IMG/VR virus record: IMGVR_UViG_3300039449_000008 | DNA: 39,805 bases | Reading direction: 5' to 3' (one strand) | Origin: a virus | Shown: one piece after another, positions 29,320 to 39,187 of the stretch | Position numbering within the stretch: position 1 is the first letter of the stretch | Layout of the letters: each line of letters begins with the position of its first letter | Translations under genes and position numbers: made by a program | The notes under the pieces: model-generated | Seen by the model: only the letters and a program-made list of their open reading frames with translations | Told to the model about the DNA's origin: nothing | Databases searched by the model: none

Positions 29320-31447
29320 ACTCAGTACAGCAATGGCCCTAGCGAGCATGAATGCGGCGCAAGCATCCACCGCGCGCAATTATATCAACAGCCAAGGTGA
29401 GCTATTGCTTTACGGGATTATCGGCGACTGGTGGGACGGCCTCGACGCGTTCAGCGTAGTGCTCGAACTTGAACGCATGAACCCGACCGGCGACCTACAC
29501 GTTCGCATACAGAGCGACGGCGGTAACTATCTTGAAGGCTTGGCAATTTACAACGCGCTAAAACGCAGCGAACGCCGCGTAATCGTCACAATCGATGGCT
29601 GGGCCGCAAGCATGGCCACGATTGTTGCCCTCGCTGGTGATGTCGTGCGTATGCCGCAAAACGCATGGCAGTTTTTCCACTTTGCCGGTGGCGATGTATA
29701 CGGAAACCACGAAGACCTACGCAGCGCCGCCGATCAGCTCGAAGCATTTAGTCAGCAAGCCGCTGATATTTACGCCGATAAATCAGATTTAACCGCCGAT
29801 GAATGGCTTGCATTAATGCGCGGGAATACATGGTTTAACGCCACAAAATGCCTAGAAATTGGGCTGATTGACGAAATCATGGACCCCATCGCCGCCGTGG
29901 CGCGAAAAATGAATTTTGCCGGTGACATGTTAGTACCCGTCGCCGTCATGGAATTAATGAAAGACCCCGAAACGCCGCAGCCTGTGGCCGATCACACCCC
30001 CGAAGAAACAGAGGAAGAAGACGTGAAAACAGCCAAAATGACCGCAGGCGCTCAAGTTCCTGCAACACCAGCGACCCCCGCCGCACCAGCAACCCCGGCA
30101 CCCGCTGCCGCTGACATGCAAACCCCAACAGCGGAAATGCAAGCCGCAACAGCAGCCGCAACAGCAGCCGCAGCAACAGCCGAGCGTACCCGACAAGCTG
30201 AATTACGTACCATCGCTGGCCAAGCACCGAGCGTCGTAACCGCTGAAATGCTTGCAGAATGGTGCGATGGTGACATGACACCAGATGCAGCCCGCACCGC
30301 CGTTATGAAGCTGGTTGGTGAGCAATCACGCGAGCAAATGCCTAACGGCAGTAATTCCGGCGGCAACGCGGCGAGTGCAAATCTACGCGCTGACATTACC
30401 GCCGCTGTATTAAATCGCGTTGCGCCAGGTGCAAACCGCTTGGAAGGCCCGAACGAATTCGCGCACATGTCACTGATGGACGTATGCCGCAGCGTATTGA
30501 ACATTAACGGCGTTCGCACCAACGGCATGACGCCGATGCAAATCGCTGGTGCCGCTCTGCAATCGACCAGCGATTTACCCGCCGTCTTTGCTGACGTAGC
30601 AAACAACGAGCTCGCCCGTGGTTATGCTGCCCGCCAACGCACGTTCACGCGTTTTGCAAACCGCCGCAACATGACAAACTTTAAGCCGCAAAATATCACG
30701 CGCTTAAGCGATGCACCTCAGTTGCTACCAAAAACAGAGCTAGGCGCGTATCAGATTGGCCAGCTTACCGACAGCAAAGAAACCCTCACGCTACAAACGA
30801 AAGGCCGCATGGTTAATTTGTCGCGTGAAATGATCATCAACGACGACATGGACGCACTATCACGCTTGCCGATGATGATGGGTGCGCAAGCCTCGCTTGC
30901 TGAAATTCGCATGGTATTTGGTTTATTGGCCAGCAACCCGACCATGGGCGAAACCGGAAAAGCACTTTTCCATGCCGACCATAAAAACCTCGCTGCCGCT
31001 GCAGCGTTGTCGGTTGATTCGTTAGGTGCATTGCGTGCGCTACTACGCAAACAAACATCAAAAGCGGCGAAGGGTGAAACAGGTTACTCCCTAAATACAC
31101 CACTCGATTTCTTGATCGTACCGGCGGCGCTTGAAACCGAAGCCCAAAAGATAATCAGCCAAATTTCACCAACGAAGGCCGATGACGTTAACCCATTTGC
31201 CAATTTAGAGTTGATAGCCGAAGCGGTACTTGATGAAACCAGCGAAACGGCGTATTTCGGCATTGGTTCAGCGTCACTGATTGACACCATCGAATACGGT
31301 TACCTTGATGGCCAAGAAGGTGCCTTCATCGATTCCGAAGTCGATTTCGACACCGATGGTATTAAGATGAAAGTTCGCCACGACTTCGCCGCTGGCGTAG
31401 CTGATTATCGCGGTATGACTAAAAACGCGGGCGTCGCTCCTGGCTAA
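29309..31447 (+). CDS. Prohead protease (ClpP/S14-like), scaffold-like linker and major capsid protein as a single fusion protein.
   Basis: The N-terminus LLLYGIIGDWWDG...RIQSDGGNYLEGLAIYNAL...IDGWAASMATIVALAGD is ClpP-like, with the Ser in GWAASM. An A/P/T-rich linker follows, then a 370-aa capsid-like C-terminus. The ATG at 29309 overlaps the portal stop. Confidence 0.75.
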   Translation: MKNKLSTAMALASMNAAQASTARNYINSQGELLLYGIIGDWWDGLDAFSVVLELERMNPTGDLHVRIQSDGGNYLEGLAIYNALKRSERRVIVTIDGWAASMATIVALAGDVVRMPQNAWQFFHFAGGDVYGNHEDLRSAADQLEAFSQQAADIYADKSDLTADEWLALMRGNTWFNATKCLEIGLIDEIMDPIAAVARKMNFAGDMLVPVAVMELMKDPETPQPVADHTPEETEEEDVKTAKMTAGAQVPATPATPAAPATPAPAAADMQTPTAEMQAATAAATAAAATAERTRQAELRTIAGQAPSVVTAEMLAEWCDGDMTPDAARTAVMKLVGEQSREQMPNGSNSGGNAASANLRADITAAVLNRVAPGANRLEGPNEFAHMSLMDVCRSVLNINGVRTNGMTPMQIAGAALQSTSDLPAVFADVANNELARGYAARQRTFTRFANRRNMTNFKPQNITRLSDAPQLLPKTELGAYQIGQLTDSKETLTLQTKGRMVNLSREMIINDDMDALSRLPMMMGAQASLAEIRMVFGLLASNPTMGETGKALFHADHKNLAAAAALSVDSLGALRALLRKQTSKAAKGETGYSLNTPLDFLIVPAALETEAQKIISQISPTKADDVNPFANLELIAEAVLDETSETAYFGIGSASLIDTIEYGYLDGQEGAFIDSEVDFDTDGIKMKVRHDFAAGVADYRGMTKNAGVAPG

Positions 31448-31482
31448 GCCAACCCCGGCAAAGCTAAACAAAACCTAAAAAA

Positions 31483-31507
31483 GCCGGATTAAATTCCGGT
31501 TTTTTTA
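31483..31507 (+). terminator. Weak terminator-like hairpin after the capsid gene.
   Basis: gccgga-ttaaat-tccggt, flanked by an A run and a T7 run. Confidence 0.45.
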
Positions 31508-31546
31508 TCTGAAAAAAAAATTCAAAATTATTTAGGAGAAGCCACC

Positions 31547-31879
31547 ATGGCGACTACAAAATTCGCACCCGGTAACCCGCTCGATATCGTGTTGGCGTCA
31601 GCCGCAACATCCAGCGATTTAATTGTTTCAGGACAGATCGTAGGTATTGCACAAACCAGCGGCGAAACCGGCGACACTATCGCGCTTGATACCGAAGGCT
31701 GTCACGAGCTACCAAAAACCGACGATACGCAAACGTTTGCGGTTGGTGCTAAAGCGTATGCAACGTCAGCCGGCGCGATTACCAGCACGGCGTCAGGCAA
31801 CAAGCTATGCGGTTATGCCGTAGAAGCGAGCGCCAACGGTGACGCAACAGTTAAAGTCCGCTTAATTCCGGCGGCATAA
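31547..31879 (+). CDS. Head decoration / DUF2190-like protein.
   Basis: 110 aa rich in A/G/T/S. Pattern GDTIALDTEGCHELPK...GAKAYA...GYAVEASA..VKVRL is typical of DUF2190. Strong AGGAG SD. Confidence 0.65.
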   Translation: MATTKFAPGNPLDIVLASAATSSDLIVSGQIVGIAQTSGETGDTIALDTEGCHELPKTDDTQTFAVGAKAYATSAGAITSTASGNKLCGYAVEASANGDATVKVRLIPAA

Positions 31880-31881
31880 AC

Positions 31882-32205
31882 ATGAGCCTTGCTGATATCG
31901 GAGCGTATAACGCTATGGCGCTGCAAGGAACGCGCGCCCGAGTCATATTGGCGGATGACCCAAGCAATCCAGTATTAACCACTGTGATTATGCGTTACGG
32001 CCTCGGTGAGGCTCATTCTCCCAACTCTTTGGCGCGCGAACAGTGCCGAATCACTACACACAAAGAATTCGATTTAACCGCCGACGACAAAATCGAATTG
32101 TTAAACGACGATGACGAAATAATAGAAACCCTATTAATAACCACCCCCGGCCAGATAAATGCCGCGCTCAGAACTCACTTGGCGGTGATAAATGGCGAAG
32201 ATTGA
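31882..32205 (+). CDS. Head-tail connector candidate (FII position).
   Basis: Call rests on position in the lambda gene order only. Confidence 0.4.
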   Translation: MSLADIGAYNAMALQGTRARVILADDPSNPVLTTVIMRYGLGEAHSPNSLAREQCRITTHKEFDLTADDKIELLNDDDEIIETLLITTPGQINAALRTHLAVINGED

Positions 32206-32803
32206 TCATCTACAAATTGACCAAGCAGACTTCAAACGTCAAATGCGCGAGCTTGGAATTAAATTTGATATTTTAACAGGCACGGACGTAAACCGGGCCC
32301 AAGCGTCAGCACTCAACAAAGGTGCCGAGCGAACCAAAACCGCCGGGATACAAAAAACATCCCGCGCGCTGAAAATTCAGCAAAAATTGATACGGCCCCG
32401 CGTAAAAATACGCCGCGCCAATGCTAAAAAACAATCCGCGACGATATGGGCTAACACCTCAAAAGGTGTGCCATTGATAAAATTAAAAGCGCGCGAAGTG
32501 GGCGGCGGTGTTACCGCTGGCCAATACGTAGTACCCGACGGCTTTATCAGTACAGCGACCGCAACACCCAAGCAAAGCCGCTCAGGGCGAACCAATCCAA
32601 GTGCGCAGCTAATAGGCAAAACTCAAGTATTCAAACGAAAGGGAAAGGGCGCATATCCCCTCGAAGCCCAAACCGTGAACATACGGCCAGAAATGGAAGC
32701 CGCTATTCGTTCACGCGCCGCGTCATACATGCGCAACGAATACCGAAAAATATTATTAAACGAATACAAGTTTCGAGTGCTGAAAAAAGCGGGCATTAAA
32801 TGA
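32192..32803 (+). CDS. Tail completion protein (gpZ-like).
   Basis: Position immediately before gpU. The basic middle region ALKIQQKLIRPRVKIRRANAKKQ resembles the gpZ family. Confidence 0.55.
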   Translation: MAKIDHLQIDQADFKRQMRELGIKFDILTGTDVNRAQASALNKGAERTKTAGIQKTSRALKIQQKLIRPRVKIRRANAKKQSATIWANTSKGVPLIKLKAREVGGGVTAGQYVVPDGFISTATATPKQSRSGRTNPSAQLIGKTQVFKRKGKGAYPLEAQTVNIRPEMEAAIRSRAASYMRNEYRKILLNEYKFRVLKKAGIK

Positions 32804-33186
32804 GTTTAAAAAACGATATACGCACGGCCACCGCCGACATTATTGCCCCAGTATTCAAAAAAACATTTCCATATCGGCCCGCTGCAGTGAAGCCAAGCTG
32901 GTTGCCTGCCGCGTTTGTTTATATCGAAGCGGGCGACCCTGAAACAGTCGGCAATCGTTACGATTATACGGCCACCATGACCATTGAAATCATGATAGCT
33001 GGATCAGGTAATCTCGACGAAAAGATTGACGCGCTCGAAGACGAAATGAACGAAATACTTGATCAAAACTTTACCCTAAACGGCACCGCCACAGGCTTGG
33101 TCCGTGGCGGTTTCGCATACGATCCAAACCCAGACACAGCCAGTCTGACACTGGCGCTAAATTACCTGATTACATACGAGGACTAA
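32800..33186 (+). CDS. Tail terminator protein (gpU-like).
   Basis: Collinear with lambda gpU: LPAAFVYIEAGDPE / FPAVAVYLTGAEY; DEKIDALEDEMNEIL / DSELDAWMESRIYPVM; C-terminus LNYLITYED / DLTYVITYEM. Confidence 0.8.
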   Translation: MSLKNDIRTATADIIAPVFKKTFPYRPAAVKPSWLPAAFVYIEAGDPETVGNRYDYTATMTIEIMIAGSGNLDEKIDALEDEMNEILDQNFTLNGTATGLVRGGFAYDPNPDTASLTLALNYLITYED

Positions 33187-33190
33187 CGTC

Positions 33191-33613
33191 ATGTCTCACG
33201 GCCACAAAATACAATTTTCGATTGATCGAGGAACCGATGAAACGCCAGATTTTCAAGTTTTAGGCGATGTCGTTGGTGGTGCCCCCCCGAAAAAATCCGC
33301 GCGCTTAGTCGACGGAAAACGCTGGTCAGCCGATGCCCCAGAAAACGACGTTTTTGAAGTTGAAAACATTAGCGATGGTGAATTTCCAATCACGATTCGT
33401 TACAGCAATAACGCGGCTAACAATACGCTCAGTAAATCAATACAGGTGGGCAACACAGAAACCATCAAAATTGAATTGCCCGCGCCGTATTCTAAAACCA
33501 TTACGCGTGACGTAATTGTTCAGGATCGTGATTTTAGCGCCGAATCGGGTAAGTTGATCGACGTTACCTATACGTTAATGCCGACCGGAGACGCCACCGA
33601 GGTAGACGCATAA
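33191..33613 (+). CDS. Major tail tube protein (gpV position).
   Basis: 140-aa ORF between the gpU-like and gpG-like genes. Call rests on position. Confidence 0.55.
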   Translation: MSHGHKIQFSIDRGTDETPDFQVLGDVVGGAPPKKSARLVDGKRWSADAPENDVFEVENISDGEFPITIRYSNNAANNTLSKSIQVGNTETIKIELPAPYSKTITRDVIVQDRDFSAESGKLIDVTYTLMPTGDATEVDA

Positions 33614-34041
33614 TGTTTCTAACTCGATTAATTAACCTATTGCCAATGCTGCTACGCATTGGCACATTACTTGGCAAAGATCCAACGTTTAACGCCCGAA
33701 AAACTCGCGACATTGGGCCGTTCGTTGTTGCTGAATTATCCGCTGGTGACCGGCAAACGTTGCGCAATATGGCAATGAGTTACAGCGCTGCCAACGAGTT
33801 AAGCAATCAAGAAAAAGAAAATAAATTCTTTGATTTACGCTTGCAAGCCATCGCCGCCACGGCTCGTAATAAAAACGGTTATTTTTTGTTTAATCCGATG
33901 TCTGTAAAAGACATGCAAAAAATTGCGGGCTACCCAAGCACGGTGCTAGAAAACGCACTGGACGCCATCGCTGAAATTTCAAGCGAACCGTTTTTACGCG
34001 CAACGCCACACCCAGAGGCAGACACAGAAAACCCCTCCTAA
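33613..34041 (+). CDS. Tail assembly chaperone (gpG-like).
   Basis: Position before the tape measure gene. Slippery heptamer two codons before its stop. Confidence 0.65.
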   Translation: MFLTRLINLLPMLLRIGTLLGKDPTFNARKTRDIGPFVVAELSAGDRQTLRNMAMSYSAANELSNQEKENKFFDLRLQAIAATARNKNGYFLFNPMSVKDMQKIAGYPSTVLENALDAIAEISSEPFLRATPHPEADTENPS

Positions 34042-34394
34042 GCCAGCCACATCGCCGCGCGGCTTTGCGGCTGGCTTTTGCAATGGGCACATGGGATGTC
34101 GATGCCATGCTGGCTGAAATGCCAGCGTCATTAATGGCCGAGTGGGAACACTTTTTTGAACTAGAACCCCACGGCTCAGAAATCGACGCACTACGCGCCG
34201 CACAAACCACCTGGGCATTGGCAAGCATTCACCGCCAAGCCGGGAAAAAACAACCTGAACTAACAGACTTTGCCATCGGTTACCGCAAGCCGCGCGCAGT
34301 CGAACAGCCCTTGCATACGCTGGCTGAAAACCTAATGGAGGCCTTCGGTGTCGGCAAAAGTATACGACCTGACGGTCAGACTAAAGGGCGATAA
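33613..34394 (+). CDS. Tail assembly chaperone G-T fusion, made by a -1 frameshift at 34029-34035.
   Basis: The downstream frame encodes WDVDAMLAEMPASLMAEWEHFFELEPHGSEIDALRAAQTTWALASIH, matching the lambda gpT pattern. That frame has no independent ATG or SD. Confidence 0.6.
34029..34035 (+). promoter_or_regulatory. Candidate -1 programmed frameshift site A_AAC_CCC.
   Basis: An XXXYYYZ heptamer in the correct phase of the gpG-like frame. The -1 frame is open from here to 34394. Confidence 0.5.
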
Positions 34395-36360
34395 CGCCAG
34401 CTATACAAAGTCAATCAAGCAGGCTAACACCCAAAATAAAGGCTTTACTAATTCAGTGCAGGGCATGTCTCGTGGTTTAACTGCGATACAAGGCCCACTG
34501 AATGGCGTTGCTGGCCGTTTTACCGCGTTATCAGGTATCGTTAGTGGCTCAGCGGTTGGAATTACAGCAACAGGCGCAGCGTTCGCCGGACTAACGCTAC
34601 TAATGGGCAAAGCCATTGCCACCGCGTCAGCGTATGAAGTCGAAGCGCTTAAACAACAGCAGATATTAGAATCGACGGGTTATGCCGCTGGTTTATCTGC
34701 TAAAAGCCTAGAAACGCAAGCGAACGCCGTCGCGCGTAATACTCTGGCCAGCGTTACCGGAATCAAAGAAGCACAGAACGTACTACTCACGTTTAAAACA
34801 GTTCAGGGCGAAACCTTTAACGAAGCGATCCGACTATCTCAAGACATGGCCGCCGTTTTCGGTGGCAGTGCAAAAGACAAAGCAACGCAGTTGGGCAAAG
34901 CCCTTGAAGATCCAATACAAGGCATTAACGCGCTGAAACGCTCTGGTGTATCGTTCACCGTCGAGCAAAAAGAAATGATAAAAACGCTCGACGAAACCGG
35001 CAGAAAAGCCGAAGCGCAGCGTTTTATATTAAAAGCCCTGCAAGAACAAATCGGCGGCGCGGCAGGCGCTCAGGCCGGTGGTGTGGCGGGTAGTGTTGAC
35101 AGCCTGACTCAAAGCTGGGATGAATTCAAACTCGCGCTGGTATCCACTACTGATGCCGACAGCAAAACAAAAGCATTCCTCGACGGCCTAACCAAGCGCC
35201 TCGATAAATTAAATAAAATACTTAACCCAGACAAGCAAGATCAATTCGACGACCTCATACGTCAGCGCATAAAAATAATCGAAAAATTAAAAGGCCTGAC
35301 CAACGACGACGGAGAGTTTACCGGCTTTTTTGCAAAAGACCGCTGGTACAACCTGCAGCGCGACCTAACTGAAGTTAACAAATTATTGGCAGACATGCAG
35401 GAAGCCAAAAAAGTCGAAATCATCGAAGAGGGCAAAGCTCAGGCCGGTGGTGAAGTACAGAAAACATTAAACGAAACCGTTAAACCAGTCGATCCAGACG
35501 CACCCGATAGCTTTTTTGGTATCAAGCCGTCACAAATTGCAGCCGAATTAGCCGCGATAGAATTGTCGTGGGCGTCACGCATTGACAAAGAATACGCCGC
35601 GCATCAAAAGCATCAAGACATGATCGATGCAGCGTTGGCAATGGAGCAAATCAACGCCAACAAATGGCAAGAGCTAAGCCTAAATAACTGGCAAGCCTAC
35701 GAAACCAAGCGCACAGAAATAGCGCAAAAAGAAGCCGAAAAACGACTAAGAAAAGAAGAAGAAGAACGCAAAGAAAGCGAAGAAGGGCGTCGCCAAAACA
35801 TAGCGAACCTGACCGGCTTTAACGGCATGATCGTTAACAATCTACGCGAAGCCGGAAAAGAACAAAGCGCTATTTATAAAATCGCGTTCGCGGCCCAAAA
35901 AGCCGCTGCTATACCGTCGATGATCGTCAGCACCGAAGAAGCCAGCACCAGCGCCCTTGCATTAGCACCCGGCCCCGCTGGTATGGCGATGTCAGCCATT
36001 ATCAAAGGCCTTGGTTATGCATCAATAGGTATGGTGGCAGGGCAAACCATTGCCGGTATCGCACACGGTGGCCTCGGATACGTCCCAGAAGAAGCGACTT
36101 ATTTGCTGCAAAAAGGCGAAGGCGTTTTATCACCAAAACAGAACGTCGCACTAAGCAACGCCGCTGAACGAATCAACAACGGAAGCGCCAGCCAAATCAT
36201 CGTCAACATGTACGAAGACAGCAGCAAGGCGGGCAGTGTAGAACGCGAAACCGGCCCAAATAGTGAAGAAATATTGAACGTATTTGTTGAATCAATTCGC
36301 CACGGCGGCCCCGCCGCCGACGAAATAGAACGCCGCTACGGTGTGAGCAGACAAGCATGA
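34348..36360 (+). CDS. Tail tape measure protein (lambda gpH family).
   Basis: 670 aa. GTG start with a GGAGG SD. Hydrophobic glycine-rich segments near both ends (GVAGRFTALSGIVSGSAVGITATGAAFAGL; AIIKGLGYASIGMVAGQTIAGIAHGG) and a coiled-coil middle. Confidence 0.85.
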   Translation: MSAKVYDLTVRLKGDNASYTKSIKQANTQNKGFTNSVQGMSRGLTAIQGPLNGVAGRFTALSGIVSGSAVGITATGAAFAGLTLLMGKAIATASAYEVEALKQQQILESTGYAAGLSAKSLETQANAVARNTLASVTGIKEAQNVLLTFKTVQGETFNEAIRLSQDMAAVFGGSAKDKATQLGKALEDPIQGINALKRSGVSFTVEQKEMIKTLDETGRKAEAQRFILKALQEQIGGAAGAQAGGVAGSVDSLTQSWDEFKLALVSTTDADSKTKAFLDGLTKRLDKLNKILNPDKQDQFDDLIRQRIKIIEKLKGLTNDDGEFTGFFAKDRWYNLQRDLTEVNKLLADMQEAKKVEIIEEGKAQAGGEVQKTLNETVKPVDPDAPDSFFGIKPSQIAAELAAIELSWASRIDKEYAAHQKHQDMIDAALAMEQINANKWQELSLNNWQAYETKRTEIAQKEAEKRLRKEEEERKESEEGRRQNIANLTGFNGMIVNNLREAGKEQSAIYKIAFAAQKAAAIPSMIVSTEEASTSALALAPGPAGMAMSAIIKGLGYASIGMVAGQTIAGIAHGGLGYVPEEATYLLQKGEGVLSPKQNVALSNAAERINNGSASQIIVNMYEDSSKAGSVERETGPNSEEILNVFVESIRHGGPAADEIERRYGVSRQA

Positions 36361-36821
36361 CAATCGACCTATACAAATGGCCGCCCGGTCTACCAATGCC
36401 GCTACTCAATGGCCAGAACATCGACCACGAAGACGGCGTAAAACGAGAGCCAGCCGCGTCCGGAAGAGTTCGCCCCATACCGCAATTTAGACGGCCACCG
36501 GCTTTTTTACCGATAAAATTACGATTCACATCAGCCGAACGTAAAACGTTTATGGGTTGGTATATCAGTATTTTAAAAGGCGGTACCGCTTTCTTTACTA
36601 TGCCGGTTCAGGTTGGTGATGAATTAATGGATCACACTTGCCAATTTGTTCAAAAAATAGGCGAGACGCGATCAGGTAATAAGCACGTACTGACCACAAA
36701 AATACAGATATTTAATTATTACGTTATGTCGGAAGAACACATAACCGCGCTATTAACCCCTGAATTATCACCAGACCTATTAAATCAGTTGGCCCAAGCG
36801 ACTGAAGCCGCGATCAATTAA
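36357..36821 (+). CDS. Minor/distal tail protein (gpM position).
   Basis: 4-nt overlap with the tape measure stop. No motif recognised. Confidence 0.45.
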   Translation: MTIDLYKWPPGLPMPLLNGQNIDHEDGVKREPAASGRVRPIPQFRRPPAFLPIKLRFTSAERKTFMGWYISILKGGTAFFTMPVQVGDELMDHTCQFVQKIGETRSGNKHVLTTKIQIFNYYVMSEEHITALLTPELSPDLLNQLAQATEAAIN

Positions 36822-36833
36822 GCGAGAAATAAA

Positions 36834-38861
36834 ATGACAGCCACACCAACGCTTACAGACCTTCAAAATTTTAAACGCGATATTGACGACGCTGCCGAAA
36901 TTGTAGCGAGTATTGAAAACACCGACGTACAAACCCGCCTCGGCAAAGTACACAAAAGCCTGACTGGTCGCATGGAAGAGCTGCAAACGAAGCTCGACAC
37001 CAAAGACGCCGAAGGCCAAGCCGCGCTCGCCACGGCAAAAGACAAACTCACTCGCTACGCCGCAATTAACTACACCGGCGATTTTGTCGCCAGCACCTCC
37101 TACGAAGCGAACGACGTATGGAAAAACACTGCCGATGGCTCGCTCTGGATCGTGCCCGCTGATTATACAAGTGGCGCGACAGCACAGGCAGACATTGACG
37201 CTAAAACCGTGCGCCCGCATCAAGATCGGGATCGTGTGGAATCAGTCGATACCATTGCCGATTTGCGTTTAGTTGGGAATCGTTACGCCGGTAAAAAAGT
37301 GTCGGTGGGCGGGCACACGGTTGTTGGTGTTGGTGGTGGTGAGTACGCTTGGAAGGTGGGAGATTTTACGGCGGAAATTTTAAGTGACGACGACGGGGTT
37401 ATTATTGCTGCGGAAGATGATGCAACTGGGACACAGGGTGCTTGGTTTTTAAAATTAAATGGCTATGTGACGCCGGAGACTTTCGGCGGTGGTGAGTTAG
37501 GATTTAAAGCCGCATTATCTAGCGGTTACAACGTAAAAGACGGCGAAAGCGAATACACAATTACAAGCTTGGCAACATTACCAAACGATAAAGTGGTCGC
37601 TCTAGTCGCCGTGACTGGCGCAAACGCTGAAAACGTACGATATGCGCCGGATGGCTCAGATACAACGCTTATTGCTGTAGATATTGACTGCACGTCAGGT
37701 ATTGCTTTGCATCAAAATCAGCCCAACAGCATGGATCAGATAACAGCGTTGTCAAAAATTAAAAGCGCTGGCTATGCGTTTTTAAGCAACGATAACAGCG
37801 ATGGCTCAGACGGCTATATTTTTGCTCTGAATTACGCGTTTTCAGAAAACGCGGACGCTGTTGAAATTAATCATCCGGATGAAAACAGTAGTCATTTTTC
37901 TACCATTGGTAACATTCTCGACGCTGGCCTGTCTGGATCAAGCACAAGCTCAGGCTTCGGTGTTGGCGTAGCGGGCACTCAGGGTCATATTACCGCACTC
38001 AACCACGTTAGATCATCACGCCGTGAAGCATATCACGTTGAAGATGGCCAGCGACGCGGTGTCGTGATCGGAAATACTGGATTAACAAATCTGCACGGGG
38101 TTTTAGTCCTCCCCCCTAAAGTTTCCGACGGTGAAGCGCACGGGCCTGTTGTGGTTGGCAATCACTTGGAAGAGGCGACGGGTACAAAAACAGGCAAGTA
38201 TGGGCTTTACAGTGTTAATAATGCAGCAGGCTCTATCGAATGGCCGGTCTATGCCGCTAATCACCTCGACGGTTTTGAGTACGGAGCTTGGGCGGGAGCT
38301 GGTTACTCGATAGTAAATGATAATGTTTTTAAAGACGTTGATTACCCTGTGTCAGTCGCGAAAGATGGTCACGCAATCGGAATAAACGGTGTGCGTGGGC
38401 AGTGTCTGTCATTAGCCAGAATGCACAACAGATGTAGTGTCGGTAAACTAGTTAGCGAAACTCAGCCAACAAATTCAATAATTGAATTTACAGGATCAGC
38501 TACAGAGGCGGGTTCGATAATGTCGGGTTTCAACATAATCGCAACAGGAGAGCACACAGGTAGCGGCTCTATTGAAACTGTGGCAACTACTACTGTAGAG
38601 CTAAATTCAAACATTCTCATGTCGGGAAAAATATCAATAATTCCGACAAACAGTAACTACAGTGTTTTGATATGTGATGTTGTGTGGGATGGCAGCACAC
38701 TGACAACGTCCAATGTTGTTCGCAAAGGGCGCGGGAGCGCATCGTCAACCGCTGTTATCGAATCGGGCGGAGTAATGTGTGTTGAGATGTTTGCAGGTGT
38801 CGCTGTTCCAAATTTAAAACTAAATATAGATTTCAACGGTTTTTATTATAAGGAGTCGTAA
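36834..38861 (+). CDS. Tailspike / tail fibre with a probable beta-helix (pectate-lyase-like) receptor-binding or depolymerase domain.
   Basis: 675 aa. Coiled N-terminal anchor, then GYVTPETFGGGELGFKAALSSG, resembling the start of Pectate_lyase_3-type tailspikes, followed by repetitive G/N/S-rich beta segments. Confidence 0.6.
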   Translation: MTATPTLTDLQNFKRDIDDAAEIVASIENTDVQTRLGKVHKSLTGRMEELQTKLDTKDAEGQAALATAKDKLTRYAAINYTGDFVASTSYEANDVWKNTADGSLWIVPADYTSGATAQADIDAKTVRPHQDRDRVESVDTIADLRLVGNRYAGKKVSVGGHTVVGVGGGEYAWKVGDFTAEILSDDDGVIIAAEDDATGTQGAWFLKLNGYVTPETFGGGELGFKAALSSGYNVKDGESEYTITSLATLPNDKVVALVAVTGANAENVRYAPDGSDTTLIAVDIDCTSGIALHQNQPNSMDQITALSKIKSAGYAFLSNDNSDGSDGYIFALNYAFSENADAVEINHPDENSSHFSTIGNILDAGLSGSSTSSGFGVGVAGTQGHITALNHVRSSRREAYHVEDGQRRGVVIGNTGLTNLHGVLVLPPKVSDGEAHGPVVVGNHLEEATGTKTGKYGLYSVNNAAGSIEWPVYAANHLDGFEYGAWAGAGYSIVNDNVFKDVDYPVSVAKDGHAIGINGVRGQCLSLARMHNRCSVGKLVSETQPTNSIIEFTGSATEAGSIMSGFNIIATGEHTGSGSIETVATTTVELNSNILMSGKISIIPTNSNYSVLICDVVWDGSTLTTSNVVRKGRGSASSTAVIESGGVMCVEMFAGVAVPNLKLNIDFNGFYYKES

Positions 38862-38862
38862 A

Positions 38863-39102
38863 ATGGTAAAACACAACGGTATTGAGTACCCAGACGATTT
38901 TTCTAAAGAACAGTTTGAAAATTTCACCGATGTTCCGCAGGAGGTTATTGATCGTCATTTTAAAGATTTGGACGCTAAAAACAAAAGGCTTGCGGCGTAT
39001 CCCGGAATAGGAGAACAGTTAGATTATATTTATCACCACGGCGTAGAAAAATGGAAGTCTGATATTATTGATCCGATAAAACAAAAATATACTGTTGATT
39101 AG
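38863..39102 (+). CDS. Hypothetical 79-aa protein downstream of the tailspike.
   Basis: ORF 1 nt after the tailspike stop. The AYPGIGEQLDYIYHHGVEKWK motif is familiar from small phage fibre-adjacent proteins. Confidence 0.45.
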   Translation: MVKHNGIEYPDDFSKEQFENFTDVPQEVIDRHFKDLDAKNKRLAAYPGIGEQLDYIYHHGVEKWKSDIIDPIKQKYTVD

Positions 39103-39187
39103 TATTGAGATTATAAATCGATGTCCCTCGTCCTCTACCGAGTCTACGATTAATTTTTAAAATAAAAATACCGAGATTTGTAAAACG

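Noticed and set aside
31483-31507. ccggattaaattccggttttttt after the capsid gene, and the palindrome atttccggaaat at 22235-22246, considered as additional iteron sites.
   Set aside because: These are single or half units with no tandem repetition and no TACGTA box. The first is better explained as a terminator hairpin. The second lies inside a coding region and may be chance.
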